A DNA stretch of 64,000 bases from Tubiluchus corallicola (taxonomy: Eukaryota > Animalia > Priapulida). Location of the stretch: positions 1 through 64,000 of the forward strand of contig JAQGDQ010000308.1 in assembly GCA_030141605.1 (NCBI GenBank). Reading direction: 5' to 3'. The position numbers and the translations under genes are program-made. How positions within the stretch are numbered: the stretch's first letter is position 1; every line of letters begins with the position of its first letter. Positions 37,924 to 50,718 of this stretch are shown here, in pieces. The notes under the pieces are model-generated. The model searched no databases. It saw nothing but the letters and a program-made list of their open reading frames with translations, and was not told the origin of the DNA.

Positions 37924-38062
37924 CCAACAGGATCACTTGCTGCGACACTTCCATTTTTTCCAACGTCTCCAATTTTCTCGTCATTTTCTGTTAGTTCAAT
38001 TTCATCACAGTGTTCTTCGCTTGCTAAAACCATTATAAAGTTTAGTTTCCACGCCTCAAATC
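37924..38062 (-). CDS. Candidate alternative first coding exon of ABCB (MVLASEEHCDEIELTENDEKIGDVGKNGSVAASDPVG)
   Basis: Strong acceptor TCCTCTTTTTCAG at 38063, ATG at 38033, consensus donor G|GTAAGT after 37924; ends in phase 2, the phase required by ABCB exon 2. Confidence 0.5.
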
Positions 38063-39086
38063 CTGAAAAAGAGGACTTATTTGTAACACTTAATTTCTCA
38101 AAAGAAAGAACTACTAGATCCGATTAGATTTGTGCCTGCTATATATGATTGTGCAATTACTGAACGACAGTGATATTATTGATCATGATCGTCATAATCA
38201 TCATCGTCATCAATCATAGAGTCACTATCCTAATGGATTCATAAAATTAATCTACCTGTTTTTTCTTATAATAACCGAATCAGTTTAAACTCGAGAATGT
38301 GGATCAAAAACTACCTGTGTCAAAAGATACATTTGTTTTACGTTCGTTTGCAGCTTACGTATTTTTAAAAAAATGACGTCAATTTTGACTTCAAGATTGG
38401 CAAATCAAAAATCTGACTTTGTCAATCCATGTGGAGTTTGTTCTAGCACATTCCTAAAAGTTTGATAACAATCCGTTACGAATTAAGGCACTGAATTAAT
38501 TCTAAGTACACTATGTTCTTGTAAAGTTTCATGATGAGAGCTGAAAATTATGTTTTTGCTGCCATCTTGAATTCAAGATGGCAAGTAAAAATCTCACTGT
38601 TAGTAGCTGTGGAACTTATTTTAGGCGTTTATGTAGCATCCGGAAGCGAATGCGTTTTCCACCTGCGGAACAGCCTACGGAATAGCTGGCGGAAAAAATC
38701 AATAGAAATAGCTGTAAAAAAGAATAACGCATTCGCATGCTGCAGAAACGCCACTTAAGGATTTATTCGAAAATAATATCGCTGCAATCTTGAATTCAAA
38801 ACAACAAATGGAAAATTCCACCCCAGCATTCGATGTGGAATTCCTTTTAGTTTAATTCCTATAGAGATCCAACGAACAGAACTAAATCAGCGACTTCTGA
38901 TGAGTGGATTGGGCTGAGAGGGTCATACTGGCATTGCAAAGTGAAATATGACACTAAAACTTTGCTGATCATAGGGAATACTGTTACAGTGGGCTGCCAC
39001 TTTCTAAACCAAACTTCTCCACAAGTTATTGCCTTTATTGGTCAGTGTTGACTGACCGAGGTGCTTAAAATTCTGAAAAGTAGGCT

Positions 39087-42000
39087 ACATAGACATAGAC
39101 ATAGACATTTTATTTATCTCCTCATTTACATCAGAATACAAATAGACTATTATTGCTATAGTTATTAATTAAACAGGATAAATTATGCATAAAGGAAAGA
39201 GTTAGGGGTGCAGGAGAAAGGGTAGCGAAAGACCAATTGGTCATCAAGTCAGCTACCTTCTCAGGTTAGTGTAAATTGTAAAAAATTTGTAGCGCTGCTA
39301 ATTAAACCGTGTAATATAATTATGAAATAAGTTAAGAAAATCAACTGTTAACATAAATTTATAGAGGAAGAAATTGAACTTGAAAGCGAAATAACTAAAA
39401 CGCAACAAGGAAGCATTAAGATAAAATGAAAAATGTGAAATGATGATCAAGCAAATATGTAAAGCATTTAACTAACCGATTAAAACATAAACAAAACCAA
39501 AAGAAAAAATAAAACATACATAATCAATCAGTGAAGGAAACAAAACATGCATGATAAAATCAAACTAAATATAATGAAACAAAAATATACAATAGTGTTT
39601 AATCAAATTATGTTAAGCATAATGCCAAAGACTATGGAACACAAGAACTAGTACAGAGAAATGGAGTAAACAAAATATGTAACGAAATATGAGTATGTGA
39701 CTAAATAGACAATATGGCTCAATAAAAAATATAATAAAACTTAATGATAACTGTGAAACAATGAGCAAAATAATTATAATAAAGTGAATATATGTGTAGT
39801 GAGAAAAGCATAATATGCAAGCAAAAACATAAGTGGAGCAGGCAAAATTATAAAAAATTATGTGTGAGAAAAAGTGTTGTAGGGGGAATACATTAAAACC
39901 AACAGAGATGATTTAATAGAAACAGATCTTAGCAGAAAAGACACACATGATAATTGGAAATAAGGATGGATTTACAGTTAATTATCAAATAGCTCAAGGT
40001 GACATTTTTTAGTTCATTAGGCAGACTGTTCCACAACAAAGCACCTTGATAAGTTAGAGATTTTTGCCCTTTGTTAGTATTAAATCTTTGTACATAGAAA
40101 GTTTGGTCAATGGCAAATTGTGTATGATACTCGTGCATCTGGGCTAATGATTTATAGTAATTCTGGAAGATTTCAGGAAGCATATTATGTTTAAATCTAT
40201 ATAAAAATTTGGCCAACTCTAATTTATATATGTCCTGAAGTTTTAAGATTTTATGCGGGTGGTATAAAGGTGTAACGTGGGCTCTTCTATTTGTATTTGT
40301 CCAAAGCTTTATAAATTTATTTTGATTAGTAATTAGGGGATACAACGTGGAATGGGGTGCTGGGCCATAGGTAAGTATGCTGTATTCTAAATACGGTGAA
40401 AATAGGGAAAAATATAGAAGTTTTCTCGAATCATAATTCAGGAATTGCCTAATTTTTGAAAAAATACCTATAATTTTAGTGGTTTTATTAACAATATGTT
40501 GTATATGTGCTTTCCATGAAACATTGTGATTTATTAATACACCTAGATATTTTATTTTATTCTGGGTTTACCAATCATGATATATTTAGTTTTGGAATAG
40601 TTTATATAAATCCGGTTGGCTCTCATCCATAGATCTATATTAGCTAATTCAACATTAAGAAATTCTTCTAGGTGATTTATGTTAGTATCAGAACTGAAAA
40701 AGTTAGTATCATCCGCAAAAAGTCTAGTATGTAATTGAGTATTTAAAGGGAGATCATTTACGTTGAATAATAAAAAAGGGGACCAAGAGTTGAGCCTTGG
40801 GGAACACTAACTATACATTTACCAGATCTGAGTTTTTATTCGTTGTACAGTATCAAAGGCCTTCGATAAATCTAAAAATATGGCACAGGTGTACTTATTA
40901 TGATCCATATTTAGTAACAGATTGTCCATAAGTTCAGCAATAGCTAAGGCTGTACAGTATCTTTTGCAAAACCCAAACTGAAATCTAGAGAGAATTTTGT
41001 TGTCGTTTATAAATTTTATTAGTCTCTCATAAAGCAATTTTTCAAAAATTTTGGAGATAGGTGAAAGTAAAGACATTGGCCTATAGTTAGTGGGGTTATC
41101 GGGGAGTCGCCTTTATAAATAGGAATAATTTTAGCTATCTTTAAACAGTTAGGGAACATACCTTCAGTAATGGCCTTGTTAAACAACTTAGTCAGGACAG
41201 GGGAAATAAGGAGACCAGTTGATATGTAAAATGATATAGGAATATTTTCATGACCAGAGGCTTTGTTCTGATTCAAATTATTAATTGCTGTATTTACTTC
41301 AGCTTCAATAATGGGCGTTAAGAAGAACGAATTTGGCAAAGGACATTCTAGAAAAGACTGAAATGACAGTTGTGTGGGCTGTATTTTAGATGCTATACCA
41401 CGACCAATGGAAGAAAAAAAAAGTGTTCATGATTTGACAGATATCAGTTATATCACATGAGAGAATGTCATCTTTATGTATCTTTTTTGGTGTTATGCGT
41501 TAGCAATTTAGCATTAAATAAACTATTTATGGCCGACCAAAGTTTCTTTGTGTTATTTTTACTATCTTGCAAGTTTTCTTGATAGTAGCTTTTTTGCTAA
41601 GTGTTTTATATGGTTGAGTTTGTTTGAGTAAACTTTGTATTTATTTCTATTATAAACATTGTTAGAGTTTTTAAATATATTAAACAGTTGGCTTCTAGTT
41701 TTAACAGATTTCAGTATGTCTGGTCTTATCCATGGCTTGTGAAAAGTTACCATTTCACGTCTTGATAAAGTTTTTAGAGGCACATGAGAATTGAGAACTA
41801 GTGTGAATGTTTGAAAAAATGATCAAAAGCCTCATTAGTAGATAATGAGTAATTGTAATTTTAGTTTTCTGTTTAGTCAGATTAGTATTTTTGACAATTG
41901 CAAAAATAGGTAAATGGTCAGCCAGTTCGTAAGTTATTATACCCGACACAATAGGGTTTATCAGATCATTAATATAGATTATGGTCTATTAGGGTACTAG

Positions 42001-42565
42001 AGTTTTTTGATATTCTTGTTGGTCTTGTAATTAGGGGAACAAATTGAGTAGAAAATAATACATTTAAGTAATTAGAAATATATGGTATGCTCTCGAACTA
42101 TAATAAATTTAAATTAATGTCACCACACATGTAAGCTATATAACCAGATTGTTGAATAGCAATTAATACACGGTCCATTTCCTCTATAAAATGCGTAACA
42201 GGTGTATTTGGATGTTTATATATAAGGCCAAATAATATACTCTTTGAATTATTAATGTTGATACGCAGATCCAGAGACCTTCTAAATAATTTTTGAGAGT
42301 TCTTTTAATACTTTGCCCTGCCTGTTTACTTTGCTTATTTCTTTTTCGGTCACTATTTTATATGAATTATTTATAGAGTAGTTTAAATTATCTCTAATAT
42401 AGAAACCGATGCCACCAGCATTGGATTTAGAATTAATACTAAAAAAACGTAGTGTTCAAGTTACACACAAATGATGAGTTATCTTTCAACCTAGTCTCAG
42501 AGATGGCAATGATTTCTGGCAGTTGAGGAAAAGTGCTGAGGACGTCAGTCATGTTACCAAAATAT
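39087..42565 (-). mobile_element. Decayed L2-clade (Crack/Daphne-like) LINE with 3' UTR and (TGTCTA)n tail
   Basis: EN motifs IAISETRL and DHLPIF; KPWI; RT FQFGF, DLSKAFDTV, VPQGSTL, FADD; C-terminal LWNSLP; long T-rich 3' UTR, AATAAA, then hexamer tail at 39087-39108. Confidence 0.88.
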
Positions 42566-45422
42566 TACAGAATTTTGTTGGCTAACTTATCATTGATTAC
42601 ACATCAGTATATCCCTTTCAGAATTCACTCTCACAGCTTTAGTATTTTCAGCTTTTATTATATGGCTACGCAGTTAGCTAAACAGACATGAAGCTTGAAA
42701 GGAACCAGTTAAGGATGATATTGCCATAGTAACAACAATCACGTGAATAAAATTAATAATTTGTCACTGTTTCAAGTGTTTGTTATACACCTAAGTTACC
42801 GTACCTTACCATCCAAATAACTATAATTACTGAGTATAAAGTATAATTTTGAATAGCCTAAATTAACGGTAATTTCTACATTACATGTACAAGTAAGTTA
42901 TAAGATTTTCACATAATCGCAGTGCACATGGTAACGATTCAAACAGGTTAATTTTGTTTTATTTTCTTGGTAGTCATTTTTCTAGTTTGTTACCAACAAA
43001 AGCCAGTTGCCACGCTACTCTTCTGCATAGCAGACGCTTTCTCGAGCTTCCGGCCGTCTGATAAATTAAAGCGCCTTCCGACTCTGTTGTCACCATGTCA
43101 CATGATAGAACAGCTGCTCCATCTGTTGCTCAGACAAGCAAGTCGCCGAGTAACTCGCAAACGTGTTCAGATTAGAAAGCAAAACTTGTTGTGAGTTACT
43201 CTCCGACAGTAAGCGCAAGCTGACACTCACACTAGACAGACTCGCAGCAACTGTCGGAGAGCATGCAATTTCTTGCTGACAGTAACCTGCAAAGCAGTTC
43301 ACAGTTTCACGCTTGCCAGAGAGACAGACAGGTAACAGTATAGCTTTGCGTACTATTAGCTATACTATGTCTTAGAGCGAAGATAATATTATTGTTTGGT
43401 TAAACACATAAAAGTTAACGAATCGCCCTTTTACTGAGCTTAATCAGCTTGCCCTACTCCAAAAATTAGAAAAGTAAGTGCATTTCAATTTTCAAAGCCA
43501 TGTTTGTTTCTCAAAAAATGATGGCGAAGTGTTTAATTGGTATACGAAGTTGAAACATACTGAAATAATTAAGTGGGTACAAGAGTTGGCTTATTAACAG
43601 ATAAGCTCAATATTCCCACCCCGTAACACAACCATTCTTAAGACAACATACAAGCTTCTAAATGGAAACTATTTCGTTTACATTTTTACTTATCTCTTGA
43701 AAATGACTGCCATTAGGCAGAAATATTGACGAAAATAATAATAAAGCATTACTATCTCCAGTCCTGTGCCCACTTGATGCTAAAGTGTTATGTCATTTAT
43801 GAACTTGTTCTTATCTCTCACTCCTTGCCTAAAATCACAATGAGTTCATGACTCGTTCCATTCTTCGATATTATAGTACATGGTTACTAGTTTGCAGTCA
43901 TACCAGTGCCCTTTCTGTGTTAAAGCGAGTTAAACTTGATACGATTAGATGCAAGGTGATTGACTTCAATTTCCAGATATTCTGGGGGAGGCCCTCAGAC
44001 ACCCTTCTTGATATAGCAGCTAGTTACACAGTCAGTATTGCTCTGAGTGCTAGTTCCCCAGTTTTTAGAAGCTGTGCTCCCATGATTATTATGGCAGAGA
44101 TAGGAAATAAAAAACTATGAAAGGTACAGGGAGGAAGAGGGCAATTTTTACTTATTACTGTGCATCATTCACTTGCTTATAATACATACACATTGTCAGC
44201 CATGATAAGAAATAATAAAAGTCTTACTGTAGTTCTTTATGTAAATGCTAAGCTGTACACATTTTTTTCATTTTAAATGTAAGTTATATTGGCATCAGTA
44301 CTTGTATAAAAGAACAAAATACAGAACTTTTCAAACATTTTAATGCTACACATCTCTGTAGAAAACTTTATCAAAATAAAGAACTATGGTTAAAGAAGAT
44401 GAGACAAAGAGACAAAGATGCATTTTCGTAACAACATGCATTCATGTCTTCCTTTTACAGACACAGTCATTATGATAATATCATCCTGTTCTCTTTAGAA
44501 AGTGCATGACAACATGTGTGACAGCCGTGAGTCAAGTTAGAAATAAGTGGGAAAACACAGTTACCTTCAAAAAACTAAATGATTATTTCTGTAACTTTGT
44601 CTTGTATTAACATGCATTAGGCTATCATATTTATTATTAACAATGATACGCTTGCAACAAAATTTGAAAAGCTATACAATTCTAGTCAGGTGAATTTCAA
44701 AAGTCCTGCCATCTTTGATTGAAAAGGTGGTACAAGAACAGTAATCTACTGCATTATAATATAATTTGTCAAAAAAAGGGGTTATACAATTCTGTCGTAG
44801 ACACCTAACTTAATTAGACCTCAAAAATTTATATATTAAAAATATAGCAATAATTGTACACATATATATATATATATATATATATGTGTATATAGATATA
44901 CATTCTATATACCATTCTTATTATTTCTGTTATTGCAATTTTAAGCTGAAAATCTTCATTAAAGTATTGCACAAAAATGTTGACCAACATTAGACGTGCA
45001 ATGCCATCTAGCAGCACCTGCCCACTGCTTTACAATACAAAATAAGCTCTAGATTTGTTTAGCTAATAATCTGTTAATGACTTCCACGATTTTTTATATC
45101 ACCTTTGTATCAGTGTAAAACAGCTACAGAGAAGAAGACTTGCATATAAGCGATGTAGTATGTTAAGACTCAAAGGGCAAGTGAATATTTATCCTAATGA
45201 CTATTTGATTTACAACATGATTTTGCAAACGTCTTCATTTTGTGGTTTTCCACTAAAGTTCACATTGAATTGTAAATTATGAGCCTACTTGTAACACTTA
45301 ATAAATACTACTGCTGCATCCTTACTAAAACTATTTGTAGCTAGCACTTGAGGGTGCTATATATTATAATTATGCACAGGAAAAAAGCTCCTTGAGGAAG
45401 GTTTTAAGAAACCATGTTACGA

Positions 45423-48400
45423 TTACTCAAGCAACAAACTGTGTCCAGTAGCTTTTAATTGTAAAAAATAGTACAGAATATGCATTTGGCACATTACATC
45501 CATGGTCCCTGCAGCAAAAGTATCAATATTCTCACTCTGTGTTGTAGCCGGTCGTAACAGTGTTGGCCCAAATACGGTTGCCAGGTTATGCAGTGACATT
45601 TTATTGTCCACCTCGCATTTATTCAACTTGATCATATGTTCTATAAGACACAATATGGTGCTGAAATTTGGTTCAGGAACTTCATTCAGAATACCTAACA
45701 TGAAGTTATGCTTGCTCTCAGGGTCTGACAATGCAAAACCCTCAGTAAGGTCATGGTACAGGCAGTCTGTGAACAAAGGTTCTGGTAGTTCTCGTAAATA
45801 AAGTTTCAAAACACTAGCGACAGCATGAATATCAGCTTCACATACTAACTTGGCTGCCTCTATCTGACTAGTATTAAATGCCTCTTTCAGTTTCTGGACA
45901 ACAGAAGAAGCACCAGATACTCTATAAATACCCATTTCTTTGATTCCTCTTCGCTCAACTTCTGTTGTACATGCCCTAACAATGAAAGGCACCTTGCTCA
46001 TTTCTCTCTTGCATACATCTCTGATTCGCACGCCAAAAACACCAATGTCCTGTAAGGCAGCTGGTTTTCGACGCAGTGTACTCCAGCAGGATATGAACTT
46101 GATAGATAATGAAACAACCATGGTTCCAACCTGAATGCTTTTGTTGTGAAGATGATTAGGTTTGACCCACTCACCAAGCTCTATTGTTCCAGTTCCAAGC
46201 AACTTATCTGGATGCCCGTGATGAACCTCGTATATAAGAATGCGCAAGGTCTGAGAGCCTTCAATGTCAAGTACAAATTCTTGGTCCCATTTTGGTGAAG
46301 TAGAATTTAGGCAAATGTTAGTTCTGGCCTTTAGAATAAAGTGTCCATAAGAATCGGTTTCTAGGCAGCAAAAGATATCAGCAGCTTCTTCAAGACCAGT
46401 GATACTCTTCAAAATCACGTGCAAATCACCAGTCAGGGGTTCTTCACGATCAGTACCAGTCTGCATAATGACAGCACCAAGCTGTGATAAGTTCTGAGAA
46501 GTTATAGCTGCCAATGTTTCTTGTAATTCATAAATGGTAACAGGTGGACCAGATGGCCCCTGTGCTTGCTGTAAACCAATTGCATTTTTCCAAAGCTGCC
46601 TCTCAAAGTCAGAAGACACCAGAAATGTATATGTTTTACCATGCTTGTGGCAAACTCTAAACACCAGATTTGGCAACGCTAACACAAGAGCTGCTTCATG
46701 CTCCGATAGCCTTTTCTGTAATTTTACTACAGTCCGACTAGGTCGCCGAATAGAACTCTGTTTTCGAGAAGAACGCTTTTCTTTCTTTTGTTCCTTTTTA
46801 ATTTGGTCTCGCAACTGTGCTACTCTCGATTTCAAGATATCGATATCAGTTCTCTGGTGCTCTACATGTTCCTTTACATGCTTAAGTTCACTATCTTCAA
46901 CTAAAAGTAAGTCGGAAAGTGGAATGTACCACTTACACTCATATGAATATTTGTTATGTCCAGACACCTTCTGTTTTGCACAAACAAGAACATTTTCAAA
47001 AAGAAACAAATGACGAAGTTTACGATGCCCGTCCACAAGCTCAATTATAAAACTTTCTTTCTCTAGATAAAGTTTTGAACCTGGTGTCAATGACGGATGT
47101 CTGCCTGATGTTCTTGTATGATTTAAATCATGCAGAAAGGCCTTAGTTAATTTCAATGATTCTCTCAGTGTCTCACTGTCAGGGTGATCATCGGGTGTAT
47201 ATTTTAACAGGTCATGTAGCACAAGAGCAATTCTCTGTATATGTAAAACTGGTTTATGCAACAGATCCTCCAAAGACAAGACTTCTCTACTCGATTTTAA
47301 CCTTATTCCTCGAGTTATTTTAGCAAATTGCTCATTAGTAGCAATGCACTTTTCAACCGTTTCACACGCTTTTGGATAATTTTGCAGAAAATATTCGTAT
47401 ACCCCTAACTCACTGACTAACTGCTTGAATAAATCTGCAATAGTTCGTCGCCCATCCCACGCATCTACACGTTTTTGAAGCCCTTGAAGAAACTGACTAT
47501 GAATAAGATGTAGCTGTGGAATTTTATAGAAAATTATATTATAATCATCAATGGTCATCACTGGCTGTGAGGTATCAATTGTTGCTTTCAAAGCTTTCAT
47601 ATACTGAATGATTACTTCTAAACATTCTACATAAGAGGCTTCTCCATCCATAACACTAGTAACAATTGCTTTATAGATTGACAACCGTTTTATTTCTCCA
47701 CTAGAGGTTTTTTGAGCTGCATAATGCTGTGAAACTTCCTTTTCTGCATTCTGTGCAGCATCACTGAAATTTTCTAACCCCAGGTCTGTTACTGTGTTTT
47801 GCAAATCATGTGGCTGGTAAGCAAATGATCCTGAAATTGATTCAATATTCACGTAGCAAGAGTTGAGATCCGGCCTCACCCTGCTTTTTCTCATTAAGGT
47901 ATCTATAGCAACAGGCTTATCCAAAAAGTTCCGATCATGATCATCTTCACTGCACTCACTGGAACCACCAGAAAAATTGGAATCACTGCGTTCCAGCAAG
48001 CGTCCATGACTTGCATACTCCGACTTTTGGCTTCGTATCGAGGAAGATTTGGAAACAGCATCTACTGCACTATGACAATAGGAAGAATCATCGTTAATTT
48101 CTTCCTCACTAGAACTTTGATTATCAAGTTGCTCTTCTGCAATGACATCTGCGAATGCATCATCTATGCACTGACTAATATCCATACTAGTGTCTGAACA
48201 AGTGGACCGTCTGTACAGATGCTTAAGTGGGCTTTTTGTAGGATTAGAATAGTAATCACTATGACCTGAAACATCCAAACCAGAAAACTGAGATAAGTCA
48301 CTATCATCACCCAAAGCTGATTTATCTTCTGTGTTCTCCGTGCTTGGAAATGGAAGTTGATATGAGGCATTTTCCACCTCAAAAGTATTTACAAGTTCTG

Positions 48401-48860
48401 TACCAGCACCTTCAATAGCAATTCTTTTCTCATTACTACTTTTCTGCTCATTATTTCCAGCAGGATGTACAGGAACTGTTGATAATGTTATTGGAGAATG
48501 ATGTCCACTATCCAATGATTCTTCAGGTAAAGCAATTCCAGACTGTGACACACTTGTGTTATTACCAGTATTATCTCTGTCCTCTCCAGAGACAGGATCA
48601 GAGCTCAACTGGTGCACTTCCTGGCTGGCATCCTGTGTTACTTCCTGTTGTGAAGGCTTATTTTTTGCTTCATTATCAAGTAGTATTCTTTGTAAATAAT
48701 TCACCGTAGCTGTCTCTTTTTTCAGTTCTTTTTCAAGTTTAATGATTCGCTGCTGATGAGAATCAATTGCAATTTCTATACGATCAATAATATCGGTGGG
48801 GAGTTCCTGGTTGGGAAATCTAGACCGCCAATCTTTGTAAAACTTTTCCAGTGTACTCAT
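45423..48860 (-). CDS. BCR: BCR/ABR family RhoGEF-RhoGAP (coiled coil, DH, PH, C2, RhoGAP), 1145 aa, single coding exon
   Basis: N-terminal F...W...FP...coiled coil like the BCR oligomerisation domain; DH (E.SYVECLE..., LLHKPV..IQR..LVLHDLLKYTP.DHPD); PH (RKLRHLFLF...YECKWYIPL); C2 (LETDSYGHF..KART); GAP (EVERRGI.EMGIYRVSG, LKLYLRELPEPL, NKMSLHNLATVFGPTLLRP). Equally related to ABR. Confidence 0.95.
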   Translation of the reverse strand: MSTLEKFYKDWRSRFPNQELPTDIIDRIEIAIDSHQQRIIKLEKELKKETATVNYLQRILLDNEAKNKPSQQEVTQDASQEVHQLSSDPVSGEDRDNTGNNTSVSQSGIALPEESLDSGHHSPITLSTVPVHPAGNNEQKSSNEKRIAIEGAGTELVNTFEVENASYQLPFPSTENTEDKSALGDDSDLSQFSGLDVSGHSDYYSNPTKSPLKHLYRRSTCSDTSMDISQCIDDAFADVIAEEQLDNQSSSEEEINDDSSYCHSAVDAVSKSSSIRSQKSEYASHGRLLERSDSNFSGGSSECSEDDHDRNFLDKPVAIDTLMRKSRVRPDLNSCYVNIESISGSFAYQPHDLQNTVTDLGLENFSDAAQNAEKEVSQHYAAQKTSSGEIKRLSIYKAIVTSVMDGEASYVECLEVIIQYMKALKATIDTSQPVMTIDDYNIIFYKIPQLHLIHSQFLQGLQKRVDAWDGRRTIADLFKQLVSELGVYEYFLQNYPKACETVEKCIATNEQFAKITRGIRLKSSREVLSLEDLLHKPVLHIQRIALVLHDLLKYTPDDHPDSETLRESLKLTKAFLHDLNHTRTSGRHPSLTPGSKLYLEKESFIIELVDGHRKLRHLFLFENVLVCAKQKVSGHNKYSYECKWYIPLSDLLLVEDSELKHVKEHVEHQRTDIDILKSRVAQLRDQIKKEQKKEKRSSRKQSSIRRPSRTVVKLQKRLSEHEAALVLALPNLVFRVCHKHGKTYTFLVSSDFERQLWKNAIGLQQAQGPSGPPVTIYELQETLAAITSQNLSQLGAVIMQTGTDREEPLTGDLHVILKSITGLEEAADIFCCLETDSYGHFILKARTNICLNSTSPKWDQEFVLDIEGSQTLRILIYEVHHGHPDKLLGTGTIELGEWVKPNHLHNKSIQVGTMVVSLSIKFISCWSTLRRKPAALQDIGVFGVRIRDVCKREMSKVPFIVRACTTEVERRGIKEMGIYRVSGASSVVQKLKEAFNTSQIEAAKLVCEADIHAVASVLKLYLRELPEPLFTDCLYHDLTEGFALSDPESKHNFMLGILNEVPEPNFSTILCLIEHMIKLNKCEVDNKMSLHNLATVFGPTLLRPATTQSENIDTFAAGTMDVMCQMHILYYFLQLKATGHSLLLE

Positions 48861-48870
48861 ATTGTACTTC

Positions 48871-48900
48871 CTAAAATAAAAACGAAAAATGTTAGTTCAG
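48871..48900 (-). promoter_or_regulatory. Splice acceptor 10 nt upstream of the BCR ATG
   Basis: Minus strand CTAAC (branch point) ATTTTTCGTTTTTATTTTAG|GAAGTACAAT ATG. Confidence 0.75.
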
Positions 48901-49506
48901 CATCACAAAATTTCAAGCATTAAGCATAAAATTTAAATAGGCTACTAATTATCAATAAAGTCTAACTTCTTATATAGGTATGCTTGGTTAACACCACATT
49001 ACTCTCCTCTCATAATACTCCAAATTTTTGGCTCTCTGTAAATTTACACACGAAGATTTATTATTAGACTTAAAGAGAAATGCAGTGACCTGTTTTTGGC
49101 AGACAGTCTTAGGAATGCCGCAATGGTCAGGTAGATCAAGTTTTGCTCATAGGAGATCGTAATTTTATTGTTGGTGCTTTGTAACTTTTCAGTGAAGGTT
49201 TAAATTTTTTTGGTTAAGAATATTTATGAGAAGACCATGAGGTGCTCACTATTCAAACAACACTATGTGGTGCTTAAACAACAGACCACGTAATGGCGTT
49301 GCTGCAAGTGCTAAAAAATATATGTATAAAATGTGTACATGATATCACCTTGAGCTAAGGAATAAAAACTTTAAATTGTAGTCAGCAGACAGTTGAACCA
49401 AACAACAGAAATTTTTGGGGTGAAGTGAAAAATTATGTAAAACACATCTTAAAAAACCCGTCGATCTATGTAAAACATTAAGCGACAGCATGATACATTC
49501 TATATA

Positions 49507-50660
49507 CAGAAGGCGTCGCTTAATAGACGACTCACTTTCGGATTGAAGTGTTCTGACTCAATTAACCGATGGGTGTAGTACTGCTGGTATAGAAGTATGA
49601 TTCATCAGCTTAGCATGCACTGCAAAGGTTTTTAATGAATTTTAGAAGCAAAGTAATGCCTGAATTTCTTTGTGCAGTTAAAAAATTTTTAAAAAAAATA
49701 TTTTAAAATATTAATTTATATAAGTGAATTAGCAATAAATTAAAAAGTGAAGTATACTTTTCTAAATCACATAAGTCTGTTATTTGCAAAAATTACTAAA
49801 TTTCCTTCAAAGTCCGCTCCTGCAACCACCCCTCTGTTGCAACCCCCTCTTTTGTAACTTCCTTTCCCATTTACTTTGCCAAATCTTCTGCTTTCTGATG
49901 CATTAAAGGAGCGTTCACTCAAGCATCTTTTTCTCTTGCATTTGTAAACCACAGCTTTAGTGCTGACTCCACTTCACAGTCTTTTTCTGTGTGTTGCCTC
50001 TTAGATGCTAGATTCTCATTTTGGCTTGCTGACTGCTCAATTTCACATTGTTTTTTCAAAATTCTGTTGAGAGTACTTTGGGAAATTTTCAACTGCGCTG
50101 TTGCACACCTCTGACCCATCTTTGAAAGTTTATCGTACCGATCTAAAATTTTTGGTTTCTCCTTAACTGTTAGAGCTTTACACTTATGCTCCATTTTTCA
50201 AATTTGTTAACTCTAGCCCTGATTTGCTGTACGACGTTTACTCTTGTAAGTCACAAAGGAATACTGGCTGATTACTATACCTGTATCTTTGGCTGTTAAC
50301 CGATTAAGCGTGAAAGTGTGATTTGCAACGGGAGCTTCAAAAGGAAACTGCTAGACAAGCGATTAAATGTTTAGCTTCCAGAAATGTTTGGGTAACGCAG
50401 TGGACGAGCTTGGTAACAGATTCAAAGAAAAACTGCTACGCTAGCATATTAACATGTGATAAATGTACCTGCTTACAAACAAAATGGTACTTAAAATGAT
50501 AGCTTCTACTTATATTATAGTGCACAAAAGGGAAGTAAAATGACATAAAAGTAGAAAAAGCTGTTTGGGTACATACAAATGTCTTATTTTAAGTATGTGA
50601 AGGAAAATTATTGAGTCATTTATACGGATTTATTTGAGTCAATTACCGACGGTTTTTATG
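49507..50660 (-). mobile_element. Tigger/pogo (CENP-B-like) deletion derivative
   Basis: ORF remnant 50194-49919 K..LTVKEK..IL...Q...A.QL.ISQSTL.RILK...KR......EVESAL.LWF (HTH_psq/CENP-B); degenerate TIRs CAGAAGGCGTCGCTTAAT / ATTACCGACGGTTTTTATG flanked by TA. Confidence 0.75.
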
Positions 50661-50675
50661 TAAATGCAGCTTGCA

Positions 50676-50718
<43 letters not shown>

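Noticed and set aside
45502-48709. Plus-strand ORFs antisense to BCR (and similar shadows over pol, RTE and MVK)
   Set aside because: Shadow ORFs of long coding sequences.
49230-49445. Fragments resembling a Tc1-like DDE motif (HEVL, YHLEL, WGEVKNYV)
   Set aside because: Too fragmentary and out of frame to support a feature call.
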